64,000 nt of DNA from assembly GCA_964001175.1 (NCBI GenBank), contig CAXFAS010000002.1:66780-130779 (forward strand). The letters are read 5' to 3'. The DNA comes from an uncultured euryarchaeote (GTDB lineage Archaea; Thermoplasmatota; Poseidoniia; Poseidoniales; Poseidoniaceae). Under the pieces are notes generated by a model. That model had not been told where the DNA came from. It saw only the letters and a program-made list of their open reading frames with translations, and made no database searches. Position numbers and translations under genes: made by a program. Every line of letters begins with the position of its first letter. Within the stretch, counting starts at the first letter, position 1. Below, in pieces: positions 47,133 through 56,056 of this stretch.

Positions 47133-48152
47133 ATGGAATTAACCGCTTGGCAGAGATTCTGTAATAGAATCCTAGGTAGGTTGGTTAAGAAGAGAGCCAG
47201 AAGGGATAAAAATCTCTCCGACAATCTAGTCAAAGGTTCAATGGGAATTATGCCCGAGGTATACTTGTCGACTGTAATCATGACCTCTATGGCCATTCTT
47301 CTAATTTGTTGGGGCCTAGTATCTCTTTTCTTTATTCCCGAAATAGGAGTAATTGCTTTTTGGGAAGGTTTGCAAGACCCAGCCACAATAAATCCTTGCT
47401 TAGATTGGGAATATTGGGAGCCAGAATTGGTAGATAAATCAAAACCTGGCAATGGGTGTCCGGATTATGCAACTAGAGTTTTCCCACCTTTCTTGGAGGT
47501 TCTAATCATTGGTCTTGGAGGAATAATTATTCCTTATTCTGGATACTTATTAGTTCGAGGTGGGGCAAAGCGTGAAGCAGCACGTAGAGGTTCTCAAATT
47601 GAAAAGTACCTTCCATATGCTGCATCTTACACTGCTGCAATGTCTGCAGCAAATGCGACACCTGCGAAAATTTTCCGTTCATTGGCCATGAATAGAGATA
47701 TTTACGGCGATGTTGCGGACGATGCTGGTTTGATTTATCGCGACGTAACCTTACTTGGGTACGACTTAATCACAGCCATAAAAATGAGTGTAGATAGAGC
47801 CGCTTCGGTTTGGCTGACGGAGTTTTTCCAAGGAATGGTAGGTACATTAACAGCCGGAGGACATCTGAAATTATACTTCTTGAACAGGGCAGAACATTAC
47901 ATGAGGGAAAATAGAACTAGACTTCAACAATTCCTAGAGTCGATTGCTTTGCTTGCAGAATCATACATTGTAGTCGCTGTAGCAATGCCTCTGTTTTTGA
48001 TAGTCATGCTGGTAATTATGTTCTGGGTTTCTGGTTCTGGCGCCCAAATGTCTGAAGGTATGCTATATGGCATTGTTTTAGGATTCATTCCGATGATTCA
48101 CGTTGCATATGCAGTATTAGTTTACACCAGCAGTAAGGAACAAGAGATGTAG
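47133..48152 (+). CDS. FlaJ/TadB-TadC-like platform protein, single T2SSF domain (first of two)
   Basis: KYLPYAASYTAAMSAANATPAKIFRSLA...IYGDVADDAGLIYRDVTLLGYDLITAIK is a T2SSF-type cytoplasmic domain flanked by TMs. GAGGGG lies 6 nt upstream of the ATG. Confidence 0.75.
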   Translation: MELTAWQRFCNRILGRLVKKRARRDKNLSDNLVKGSMGIMPEVYLSTVIMTSMAILLICWGLVSLFFIPEIGVIAFWEGLQDPATINPCLDWEYWEPELVDKSKPGNGCPDYATRVFPPFLEVLIIGLGGIIIPYSGYLLVRGGAKREAARRGSQIEKYLPYAASYTAAMSAANATPAKIFRSLAMNRDIYGDVADDAGLIYRDVTLLGYDLITAIKMSVDRAASVWLTEFFQGMVGTLTAGGHLKLYFLNRAEHYMRENRTRLQQFLESIALLAESYIVVAVAMPLFLIVMLVIMFWVSGSGAQMSEGMLYGIVLGFIPMIHVAYAVLVYTSSKEQEM

Positions 48153-48163
48153 GGGGTGATTCA

Positions 48164-49783
48164 ATGGCTAAAAAGAAGAAGAAATTGGTTGTTGAATTAG
48201 ATTTACCTAAGGACGATAAAACATTGAAGAATCTATACATCATACTTTTCTTTTCAATTATAATCGGGCTTTCATCTGGGATTATGTGGGCGACTAATTC
48301 CGGTTTTATACCGACTACCAACGGAGAGCCCATGTTCACAAATATTTACTGTGGAGCGACTTCTTCGGATGAAGCTGGCAATAGTTACCAAGATGAATTC
48401 AATTCAGCGCAAAAACCATCTTACAAAGCAAATGAATCATGTGCGATTTTGAGAGATAGTCCCGATCAGTTAACATGGTCTGAACAACCTTGGGTAGATT
48501 TCCAGTCGAAAGGAAAAACATTTGATGTTCCTGGGATTTCAGCCGAAGATAAAATAGGAGTTGTAGTTGAACAACCATTAGAAATGACTTGTGATGTTTT
48601 GGCAAACCAACCAACAGAATATACAGCAGCGATTCGTGATTCGGATGGCAATACTATTCGATTCTTCAACGGGACCACCGGTAAATCCAGCGATGTATGT
48701 TTGATTGAAATAGAAAATATTGATCCTGGTGAAAATTACCAAGTGGTGTTCTTTTCCGCTCAAGAAGGTCAAGAATTATCATCTGCAGAATTTGAAATAA
48801 CAGTGGACTATTATGATGGAATACCTGCAAATATGAATAATAAGTCATTTTGGCTTGGCCCAAAAGTAGAACTTGGACCATTTGATTTTAGACCTACAAT
48901 TTTCCTCAATTTCTTTGGATTAACATTCTTTTTCTTAATATATCCCGCTTCTTTTTATTGGGAAAGAGTTGAGAAAAAGAAAAATGAAGTTGAAGAAAAA
49001 TTCCCAGACTTCCTTAGAGATATGGCCGAGTATTGGAAAGGGGGTTTATCCATGACAGTGGCGGTCCAAACTTTAGCTAAATCAGAATATGGGGCGCTAA
49101 ATGACGAAGTTAAGAAGATGTCTGATCAGTTGAGTTGGGGGATTAAATTCAGTGATGTCATCAAACAATTCTCTGAGCGTGTAGGTACTCCATTGGTCAA
49201 GAGGGCTATCACCTTGATTGCTGAGGCTGATAGAGCAGGTGGAAAGATTTCGGATATTCTTGTTACTGCAGCGAACGACTCTCGAGAGATTAAGTTCCTA
49301 GAAGGAGAAAGAAGAAGAGCAATTGGTTCGTATATCGCTGTTATTTGGACCTCCTATTTCGTTTTCTTAGGGGTTATCACCCTATTAGGTAGAATCTTTA
49401 TTCCTGCTATTGCTAAATCAAACTCGGGTGATGAAGGGTCAGGAGACTCTGGTGGTGCTAATATTGGAAACATGACAATTAGGTCAATTGACCCACTTTT
49501 CTTCGTTACAGTATTCTATTACGGTGTGACCATGCAGGCGATTGGAAATGGGTCGATGGCTGGCTTAATGGCTAATGGTCGTTTTTCAGCAGGTTTCAAA
49601 CATTCAGGGATGATGATTATTGCTGCTTTGATTGCATTCAATTTACTTGTATTCAATCCTGAACTAATTGGTGATTCTGCTTATGAAATTACTAAATCAA
49701 TTACCACCTCAAAAGCATCCTACACGGTTGGATTAAACCCTTCAGGTGGAGCATTTATTCCAACTCCAATGAAGTGGGGTTGA
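48164..49783 (+). CDS. FlaJ/TadB-TadC-like platform protein, single T2SSF domain (second of two) with ~230-aa extracytoplasmic insertion
   Basis: FPDFLRDMAEYWKGGLSMTVAVQTLAK...GALNDEVKKMSDQLSWGIKFSDVIKQF is T2SSF-like. N-terminal TM followed by a Cys-containing soluble domain. GGGGTGAT lies 4 nt upstream of the ATG. Confidence 0.7.
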   Translation: MAKKKKKLVVELDLPKDDKTLKNLYIILFFSIIIGLSSGIMWATNSGFIPTTNGEPMFTNIYCGATSSDEAGNSYQDEFNSAQKPSYKANESCAILRDSPDQLTWSEQPWVDFQSKGKTFDVPGISAEDKIGVVVEQPLEMTCDVLANQPTEYTAAIRDSDGNTIRFFNGTTGKSSDVCLIEIENIDPGENYQVVFFSAQEGQELSSAEFEITVDYYDGIPANMNNKSFWLGPKVELGPFDFRPTIFLNFFGLTFFFLIYPASFYWERVEKKKNEVEEKFPDFLRDMAEYWKGGLSMTVAVQTLAKSEYGALNDEVKKMSDQLSWGIKFSDVIKQFSERVGTPLVKRAITLIAEADRAGGKISDILVTAANDSREIKFLEGERRRAIGSYIAVIWTSYFVFLGVITLLGRIFIPAIAKSNSGDEGSGDSGGANIGNMTIRSIDPLFFVTVFYYGVTMQAIGNGSMAGLMANGRFSAGFKHSGMMIIAALIAFNLLVFNPELIGDSAYEITKSITTSKASYTVGLNPSGGAFIPTPMKWG

Positions 49784-49787
49784 TAAT

Positions 49788-50228
49788 TTGCGTAAAGATG
49801 AAAATGCCCAAGTTCATATCCTTGAGATGTTGACATTATTTTGGCTTTTTTTTATGTCTGCCACCTTTTTGATAAGAATTGACGTTCCTGATTCACCATC
49901 AATTGCCCATGATTCTTCATTGGAAACAGCGGGGGAATCTGCCTTCTTGTATGGCTTAGGGCTTGACGCAGAAGTTGAAGGGGAAAATCGGTTGGCTGAA
50001 TTACTCAATAATAGTGATTTTGATGGAACCTGTGAACTTCTTCAAGAGGCTATTGCTAGTGGCAAGGAAGGTAATTGCTGGTTAGCTAAGAATAGTGCAA
50101 CATCATCGCCATATGGCCTAGTTGGTTCTCCTTCAGGTTCCACTTTTGCTGTTCATAAATTAGTAGTAGTCGATGGTGATTTATGGACTATTACCCTAGA
50201 TATTTGGAGTACCGGAGGTGGTGCTTGA
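49788..50228 (+). CDS. candidate type IV pilin-like protein (class III signal-peptide-like N-terminus)
   Basis: N-terminus (TTG start) RKDENAQVHILEMLTLFWLFFMSATFLI has a charged head, A-Q, then a hydrophobic helix with Glu, as in archaeal prepilins. GGGG lies upstream. Confidence 0.4.
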   Translation: MRKDENAQVHILEMLTLFWLFFMSATFLIRIDVPDSPSIAHDSSLETAGESAFLYGLGLDAEVEGENRLAELLNNSDFDGTCELLQEAIASGKEGNCWLAKNSATSSPYGLVGSPSGSTFAVHKLVVVDGDLWTITLDIWSTGGGA

Positions 50229-50671
50229 TGTATCTAAGAGAGAAAAATTGTACCGATAGGGATGCAGCACAAATGCTTCTTGCAACAGGTGTAGTACTAC
50301 TTCTTTCACTTCTTTCTATGGCTGTATTCAGTGTTAAAGTTGCTGGAATTACTCAGTCTAACGATCCTTCTTCAAATGGTGTGATTCAAACTACTGATGA
50401 AGTGATTGACGCAATCCCATTACTGATTGAACATCGTACAATTACTTGGATTAATGCAGGTGTTGAAAGAATTGAAGCAGCTGAACTTTCAGTCGATAGT
50501 GTACATGATGATTTATTGCACCATGGTGAATTAAGGGGTGTTGAGGTTAAAATTCTTGATTTTATAGTATCTGATGTTGATGGAACAACATTGTTAGTAA
50601 CAGGGGAGTTAGGCATATCAGATAGTAGTTCAACACTTAGAACAAATATTTCATTCACTATTTCTGCTTAG
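50228..50671 (+). CDS. candidate type IV pilin-like protein (second)
   Basis: ATG overlaps the previous stop (TGATG) and GGAGGTGGTG lies 4 nt upstream. N-terminus MYLREKNCTDRDAAQMLLATGVVLLLSLLSMAVF follows the same charged-AQ-hydrophobic design. Confidence 0.4.
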   Translation: MYLREKNCTDRDAAQMLLATGVVLLLSLLSMAVFSVKVAGITQSNDPSSNGVIQTTDEVIDAIPLLIEHRTITWINAGVERIEAAELSVDSVHDDLLHHGELRGVEVKILDFIVSDVDGTTLLVTGELGISDSSSTLRTNISFTISA

Positions 50672-51365
50672 TACGGTTTTCATTCCATGCTAAGTCAAGT
50701 AGATGTTCAATTCGTTCAGCATCATCTTTGACTCTTGAGATATCAACTATGGGCCAATTTGAAATCTTAGACCTCTCAAGTAAACCTTCTTGAATACTCC
50801 TTATTCTAGAGAAGTTAGCTAGATATCTGTCCGCTCTTCTAAAGGAATTTGCATCTCTTGAGCGGAGCATCTCTTGATGCTTATTTTCTTCACCAACCGC
50901 TAAAATTACCCCTAGGGCTATTCCCCCAGCATCTCTCCAAGGGGCCAGTAATTTTTCACTTGGGACAATATGTACACCTTCCAATAACAAATCGATTCCC
51001 TCTCGCAATGCACGATTTATGGTAGCCTCAATTCCTGATTCAACGGACTGACATGTATCCAGCCAATCGATAATAGGATCATTCGCTGAACCGATTGAGA
51101 AGGACGAACGGTGAAGGGCCGATTGTGCACCTTCTTGGTCACAACTTCTCATAATTTCACGAATTGCATCTGTTGATATTATTCTAGCGAATTTGCTTTT
51201 TGCAGCGATTTTGAGAGAAGCCGTAGATTTACCAGATCCAGTTGCTCCAGCAATAATTAGTAAGCGGGGGGCACGGTCTGCGATAGTTCTAGCAGTTGCT
51301 TGAGCCATCCCCACCTTACGCGCCATGTATTGCTTTGAGTGGTCTTTACTCATGAGTGTTGTCAC
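50658..51365 (-). CDS. 2-phosphoglycerate kinase-like P-loop protein
   Basis: IIAGATGSGKST, IISTDAIREIMR, LLLEGVHIVP match the archaeal 2-PGK family pattern. Confidence 0.6.
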   Translation of the reverse strand: MTTLMSKDHSKQYMARKVGMAQATARTIADRAPRLLIIAGATGSGKSTASLKIAAKSKFARIISTDAIREIMRSCDQEGAQSALHRSSFSIGSANDPIIDWLDTCQSVESGIEATINRALREGIDLLLEGVHIVPSEKLLAPWRDAGGIALGVILAVGEENKHQEMLRSRDANSFRRADRYLANFSRIRSIQEGLLERSKISNWPIVDISRVKDDAERIEHLLDLAWNENRTKQK

Positions 51366-51443
51366 ATTAATTTAGAAATTATTGCTTTTTTGAAGTATTC
51401 AATCGAAGCGAATACCTTTGAACGGTCACTTCATGGATGGTTT

Positions 51444-52880
51444 ATGAGCGCACAAAAAATGCTGATTGGCGGACAATGGGTTGATAGTGGAAATGGGGAT
51501 ACAAGCAACGTAATCAACCCTGCAAATGACGAGGTTATAGCGACAGTACCTAAGGCCACAATTCAAGATGTTGAAGATTGTATATTTGCATCTCGTAATG
51601 CCTTCTTAGATTCTTCTTGGAAAAACATGGACCCTGCACAAAGAGGCAGAATCCTCAATAAAATGGCTGCAGCAACTTATTCCAATGCCAAAGAATTAGC
51701 CAAAATAGAATCGGAAAATAACGGTAAGACTTTTCGTGAAGCATTGTCTGAAATTCGTTATGGAGCATGGACATTGGAATATTTCGCTGGACTTTCAGAT
51801 AAGATTGAAGGAAGTACTATTCCAGTTCCAGGAAATAGGTTGAACTATACATTAAGACAACCTTTAGGAGTTACTGCTCATATCGTTCCTTGGAATTTCC
51901 CACTTCAATTAGCCATTCGTTCCATTGCTCCTGCTCTAGCAGCAGGTTGTACAGTAATTGCTAAACCTGCTTCTTGGACTCCACTATCATTACTGGCTTG
52001 GGCTAGAAAAATGGAGGAGGCTGAAGTGGGTCTTCCTTCAGGAGTGTTACAGGTTATTACTGGTTCAGGTGGATTGATCGGTGATGCTTTAGCAGGACAT
52101 TCAGGAATAGATGGCGTCGTGTTAACTGGCGGTGTGCCAACGGGTCAAACAGTTATGGCAAAGGCTAGTGAGAATCTTACACCAGTTACTCTTGAACTTG
52201 GGGGTAAAGGTGCAAATATTGTATTCCCTGATGCTAATTTAAAATATGCAGCTAAGGCAATTTGTTTTGGAATTTTTATGAATGCTGGACAGATGTGCTG
52301 GGCTGGTTCAAGATTAATAGTACACGAGGATGTTCATGATGAACTGGTTGATGCAGTAGTTGCTGAAGTAGCAAAATGGAAAGTTGGGCCTGGAATGGAA
52401 GAAGGTGTAAGAATTGGAAGTTTGGTACACAAGAATCATCGTGATGAGGTAATAGAAAAGTTACATTCTGGTCTAAAAATGGGCGGCACTGTAGTTTGTG
52501 GAGGAAATCCGTTAGAAGGCGAAGGGGCTTTTATGGAAGCAACAGTTGTAACAGATGTTTCATCTGAAAATATCCTGTTCAAAGATGAGTTATTCGGGCC
52601 TGTATTATCAGTCACCAAGTTTACTGAAGATTCAGAGGCTCTTGAACTTGCTAATGATACCCCATTTGGATTATTAAATGGGATATGGACAAATAATCTA
52701 AGTCGTGCTCATAATTTAGCTAGAGATGTACAATCTGGAATGGTTTCAATCAATGAGTATCCAATTACTTTCCCTCAAACCGCATTTACAGGTTGGAAAC
52801 AATCTGGAATTGGAATTGAACAAAGCCAAGATGCACTTAGATTTTATACCAAAGTCAAGAATGTAAATATCAAACTTTGA
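51444..52880 (+). CDS. NAD(P)-dependent aldehyde dehydrogenase
   Basis: IVPWNFPL, LELGGKGANIV (catalytic Glu), FMNAGQMCWAGSR (catalytic Cys), ELFGPV. ATG at 51444 (MSAQKMLIGGQWV). Confidence 0.9.
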   Translation: MSAQKMLIGGQWVDSGNGDTSNVINPANDEVIATVPKATIQDVEDCIFASRNAFLDSSWKNMDPAQRGRILNKMAAATYSNAKELAKIESENNGKTFREALSEIRYGAWTLEYFAGLSDKIEGSTIPVPGNRLNYTLRQPLGVTAHIVPWNFPLQLAIRSIAPALAAGCTVIAKPASWTPLSLLAWARKMEEAEVGLPSGVLQVITGSGGLIGDALAGHSGIDGVVLTGGVPTGQTVMAKASENLTPVTLELGGKGANIVFPDANLKYAAKAICFGIFMNAGQMCWAGSRLIVHEDVHDELVDAVVAEVAKWKVGPGMEEGVRIGSLVHKNHRDEVIEKLHSGLKMGGTVVCGGNPLEGEGAFMEATVVTDVSSENILFKDELFGPVLSVTKFTEDSEALELANDTPFGLLNGIWTNNLSRAHNLARDVQSGMVSINEYPITFPQTAFTGWKQSGIGIEQSQDALRFYTKVKNVNIKL

Positions 52881-52889
52881 GGTGAAATT

Positions 52890-53672
52890 TTGACGATTGA
52901 AATCGAAGATTTAGAAATAGGAATTCGTAAAATTAAGATGGCAGGACAAAGTTCTGCACAGTCTTTTTCCTTAGAATTTTTACCAAGTATTGCTGATGCG
53001 ATCGATAAAGCTTTGAGAGATGTCTCAGTAAAAGCGATTATACTTACTGGAGAAGGTAAATTCTTTTCTGCGGGAGCAGATATTAACGCCTTCGCCAAAT
53101 CTATCGAGGATGGTAATTCACCACAATTAATACGTGATTTAACTGGCATTTTACACCCATTACTGATTAGAATGCGCCAATCACCGACAATTTCTGTCGC
53201 TGCAATTAATGGTGCATGTGCGGGTGGAGGCCTTGGTTTGGCCCTTGCCTGTGATTTCCGTATCGGTTCAAGTAATGCTAAAATGGCAGCCTCTTATTCA
53301 GGTATGGGTTTATCTCCTGATGGAGGGACAACATGGCTTCTTCCAAGATTAGTTGGTGTTCAAAAAAGTCGTAAATTTTTCTTGGAGAATTCAATTTGGT
53401 CTGCTCAACAAGCAGTTGATTATGGTGCAATTGACGAACTTGTTGAACCTTCTAAATTAATCGAAAGAAGTTGCGAAGTTGCTCAAAAATGTAGTTCTTG
53501 GGGCATGCATAGTAAGGAGGCTACAAAACATCTACTCGATGTGCAATCGGTAAATGACTTTGAGACACATCTAATGCATGAGAGGACATTAATTGAAGCA
53601 GCAGGTACGACAAATGACTTCAAAGAAGGGGTATCCGCTTTTCTCGAAAAGAGAAAACCAAAGTTTGATTGA
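52890..53672 (+). CDS. enoyl-CoA hydratase/isomerase (crotonase) family
   Basis: FSAGADI, AAINGACAGGGLGLALACD. TTG start with GAGGTGA 5 nt upstream. Confidence 0.8.
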   Translation: MTIEIEDLEIGIRKIKMAGQSSAQSFSLEFLPSIADAIDKALRDVSVKAIILTGEGKFFSAGADINAFAKSIEDGNSPQLIRDLTGILHPLLIRMRQSPTISVAAINGACAGGGLGLALACDFRIGSSNAKMAASYSGMGLSPDGGTTWLLPRLVGVQKSRKFFLENSIWSAQQAVDYGAIDELVEPSKLIERSCEVAQKCSSWGMHSKEATKHLLDVQSVNDFETHLMHERTLIEAAGTTNDFKEGVSAFLEKRKPKFD

Positions 53673-54560
53673 TCACTCCGGTATATCAGTTTCTTCAGCG
53701 CTTCCACTGGACCAATCATAAATCCCTTTACCGGATTTTTTACCTAATCTTCCTTGGGAAACTAATTTCTCAAGAAGTGGATGAGGTGTGTAAGAGTCAT
53801 CATTGAAAGACTCTTTCAAATTTAACAGTATATCTCTTCTAACATCTAATCCAACTAAATCAGTTAATGCCAATGGGCCCATTGGATGCTTATATCCAAG
53901 AACCATTGCAGTATCGATATCCTTTGCACTTGCAACACCATCAGCAAGCATCCTGATCGCTTCATTTCCAAGTACGACTCCAAGTCTAGAAGTTGCAAAA
54001 CCTGGGACATCGTTGACTAAAATAGTAGTTTTACCCATAATTTCTCCAGCAGTAGTCGCAGAATTTATTGTTTCATCTGAGCATGAGTCGTGCTTGATTA
54101 ATTCAAGTAATTTCATAATTGGAACTGGATTGAAGAAATGCATTCCAATTACTTTTTCAGGTTTTCCAGAAGCCTCAGCAATTTTGCTAATCGATAGTGA
54201 TGAAGTATTGGTTCCAAGGATACATTCTGGCTTTGTCAAAGAACCCAAGCGTTGGAAAATATCACATTTTAGATCCATGATTTCAGGAACTGCTTCAATA
54301 ACCATATCGGCATTCTTCACAGCGTCAGAGAGGTCTGACACTGGGAATAAATTTGCAGCCCATTGTTCTTTTTGTTGCTCAGTTGTTTTTCCTCTAGCAA
54401 TACCTTTATTCCAGAAAGAATCAATATTATTCATTCCTCTTTCCAAACCATCACTGAACGCATCGAAAAGATTTGTTTTCCAGCCACTCTGGGCACATAC
54501 CTGGGCAATACCAGCACCCATTGTTCCAGCACCAATTACAGCAACAGTCCTAATCTCCAT
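53673..54560 (-). CDS. 3-hydroxyacyl-CoA / 3-hydroxybutyryl-CoA dehydrogenase
   Basis: VAVIGAGTMGAGIAQV Rossmann motif, GTNTSSLS, HFFNPVPIMKLLE, PGFATSRL. Confidence 0.9.
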   Translation of the reverse strand: MEIRTVAVIGAGTMGAGIAQVCAQSGWKTNLFDAFSDGLERGMNNIDSFWNKGIARGKTTEQQKEQWAANLFPVSDLSDAVKNADMVIEAVPEIMDLKCDIFQRLGSLTKPECILGTNTSSLSISKIAEASGKPEKVIGMHFFNPVPIMKLLELIKHDSCSDETINSATTAGEIMGKTTILVNDVPGFATSRLGVVLGNEAIRMLADGVASAKDIDTAMVLGYKHPMGPLALTDLVGLDVRRDILLNLKESFNDDSYTPHPLLEKLVSQGRLGKKSGKGIYDWSSGSAEETDIPE

Positions 54561-54582
54561 GTCTGCTCCACTACGAGAGACT

Positions 54583-55506
54583 TCATGATGATTGCTTGAA
54601 CTTGGTAGGTTTACTCTGGGCTAAAATTACTCCTCCGACAATTAAGATAAACGAAAGAAGAAGTGATGTTCCTAACTTTTCATCAAGAAGTAAATATCCA
54701 CTGAAAATTCCAAATGGTGGAACTAAGTATACGTATAGAGCACTTTTTCCTGCTCCGATAGTTAATATCCCATCAGCAAACCAAACATATGATATCACAG
54801 TAGAGAAAACTGCAAGGAACACCATCGCTATCCAGCTTTCATTACTGGGGTCTGGAATTCCATGTTGGAATGTTTCAATAAACATGATTGGAGTTAAGAA
54901 AATCAATCCGGCAACAGAAGACCAAACAGTCAACTGTAGCGGAGTCAGATTGGCTTCTCTATTTTCTGCAGGTGTAATCATTGCTTTTTTCATCAAAATA
55001 GTATTACATGCCCAAGAGAATGCTGCACCAGCAATTAGAATATCACCAATCGCTCTACTAGTGAAAGAAATATCGACATTAGGTGAATAATAGAATAATA
55101 TTCCCACCCCAGTAAGTCCTAATCCTAAACCAATTGCTAGTCTGTAAGTCATTTTTTCACCTAAGAAGAAAATTGCTAAGATTGCTGTAAACAATGGGTT
55201 GAAGGTTATCATTAAAGATGCATCACCAGCAGCGGTGTATTGCATTCCATACATGAAAAATGCTTGATATACACAGGTCGAAAAGAATCCGATTAAAGCT
55301 AACCTCTTCCATTCATTTCTTGTTGGGATAACCCACTGCTTTGAGAAATATAGTAATACCAAGAATAGTAATACAGCAATTACATACCTAATCCATGATG
55401 CGACAAATGGTTCAATATCATTGGCAATTACTCTTCCAGCAGGCCAACCAAATCCCCAGATTGCTGCAACAATTAATAGTTTGAAATGAGTTAGAACATT
55501 TTTCAT
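54583..55506 (-). CDS. EamA/DMT-superfamily transporter
   Basis: 307 aa with about 10 TMs, a two-fold EamA-like repeat, and N-terminal WGFGWPAGR. Confidence 0.75.
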   Translation of the reverse strand: MKNVLTHFKLLIVAAIWGFGWPAGRVIANDIEPFVASWIRYVIAVLLFLVLLYFSKQWVIPTRNEWKRLALIGFFSTCVYQAFFMYGMQYTAAGDASLMITFNPLFTAILAIFFLGEKMTYRLAIGLGLGLTGVGILFYYSPNVDISFTSRAIGDILIAGAAFSWACNTILMKKAMITPAENREANLTPLQLTVWSSVAGLIFLTPIMFIETFQHGIPDPSNESWIAMVFLAVFSTVISYVWFADGILTIGAGKSALYVYLVPPFGIFSGYLLLDEKLGTSLLLSFILIVGGVILAQSKPTKFKQSS

Positions 55507-56051
55507 TCAAATCGCTCCAAACCTAATTGGAGCATTCTTGCTCTAGGCAATCCAATTTCAGGAAGCCCTTTGGCAGGTGCGTAAATTTTCAAACCTTCTA
55601 TTCTAGAAACAAATAATCCATAACTAGCCATATCATCGGGTCGATAAGGGGTGTCAAGTCCCATTTTTGTTAATGTCTCACATGCCTTTTCAGTATAGAT
55701 TGGATATAGATTAGTAGAAAAGTGAACCCATTCAGAAATTCTCTTTGTATCTAGATTATCTAAAGTTAGAAGGTGTTCCAGTAGTGATACATCTGGATAA
55801 TTAATAGTCTGTAAGATCATCTCAATTTCCATCATGATGTCTTCAGGCCATACTTGAGGTTCCCTTTTGGACCATTTTTCTGAGATGAATACATGCTCAA
55901 TAGATGCTTTTTCTTGTATTGAAAATATTGCTTTAGCGTAGTGTTCATCCTCAATGGTATCGGCTACAAGACCGGGTAATTCCGAATAGAAACGTTCACA
56001 CTTTTCAGTGTCTATTCCATACAATGATACAGGAATCATGCTATCCCTCAA
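55503..56051 (-). CDS. hypothetical protein, translationally coupled between the di-iron oxygenase and the transporter
   Basis: 182-aa soluble ORF. Its stop overlaps the EamA start by 4 nt. It starts 5 nt after the oxygenase stop. Confidence 0.5.
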   Translation of the reverse strand: MRDSMIPVSLYGIDTEKCERFYSELPGLVADTIEDEHYAKAIFSIQEKASIEHVFISEKWSKREPQVWPEDIMMEIEMILQTINYPDVSLLEHLLTLDNLDTKRISEWVHFSTNLYPIYTEKACETLTKMGLDTPYRPDDMASYGLFVSRIEGLKIYAPAKGLPEIGLPRARMLQLGLERFE

Positions 56052-56056
56052 GGAAT

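Noticed and set aside
45597-50671. Reading the FlaI/FlaJ genes as an archaellum (motility) operon
   Set aside because: There are no archaellin genes and no FlaC-H or FlaF/G homologues nearby. The platform is split into two genes, so it is treated as a non-archaellum type IV filament locus instead.
53803-54588. 261-aa ORF on the plus strand
   Set aside because: It is entirely antisense to the well-supported 3-hydroxyacyl-CoA dehydrogenase gene (53673-54560). Its translation is Ser/Pro/Ile-rich low-complexity sequence with no motif. This is a mirror-frame artefact.
54596-55090. 164-aa plus-strand ORF
   Set aside because: It is antisense to the EamA/DMT transporter gene, whose TM pattern is coherent. 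No independent support.
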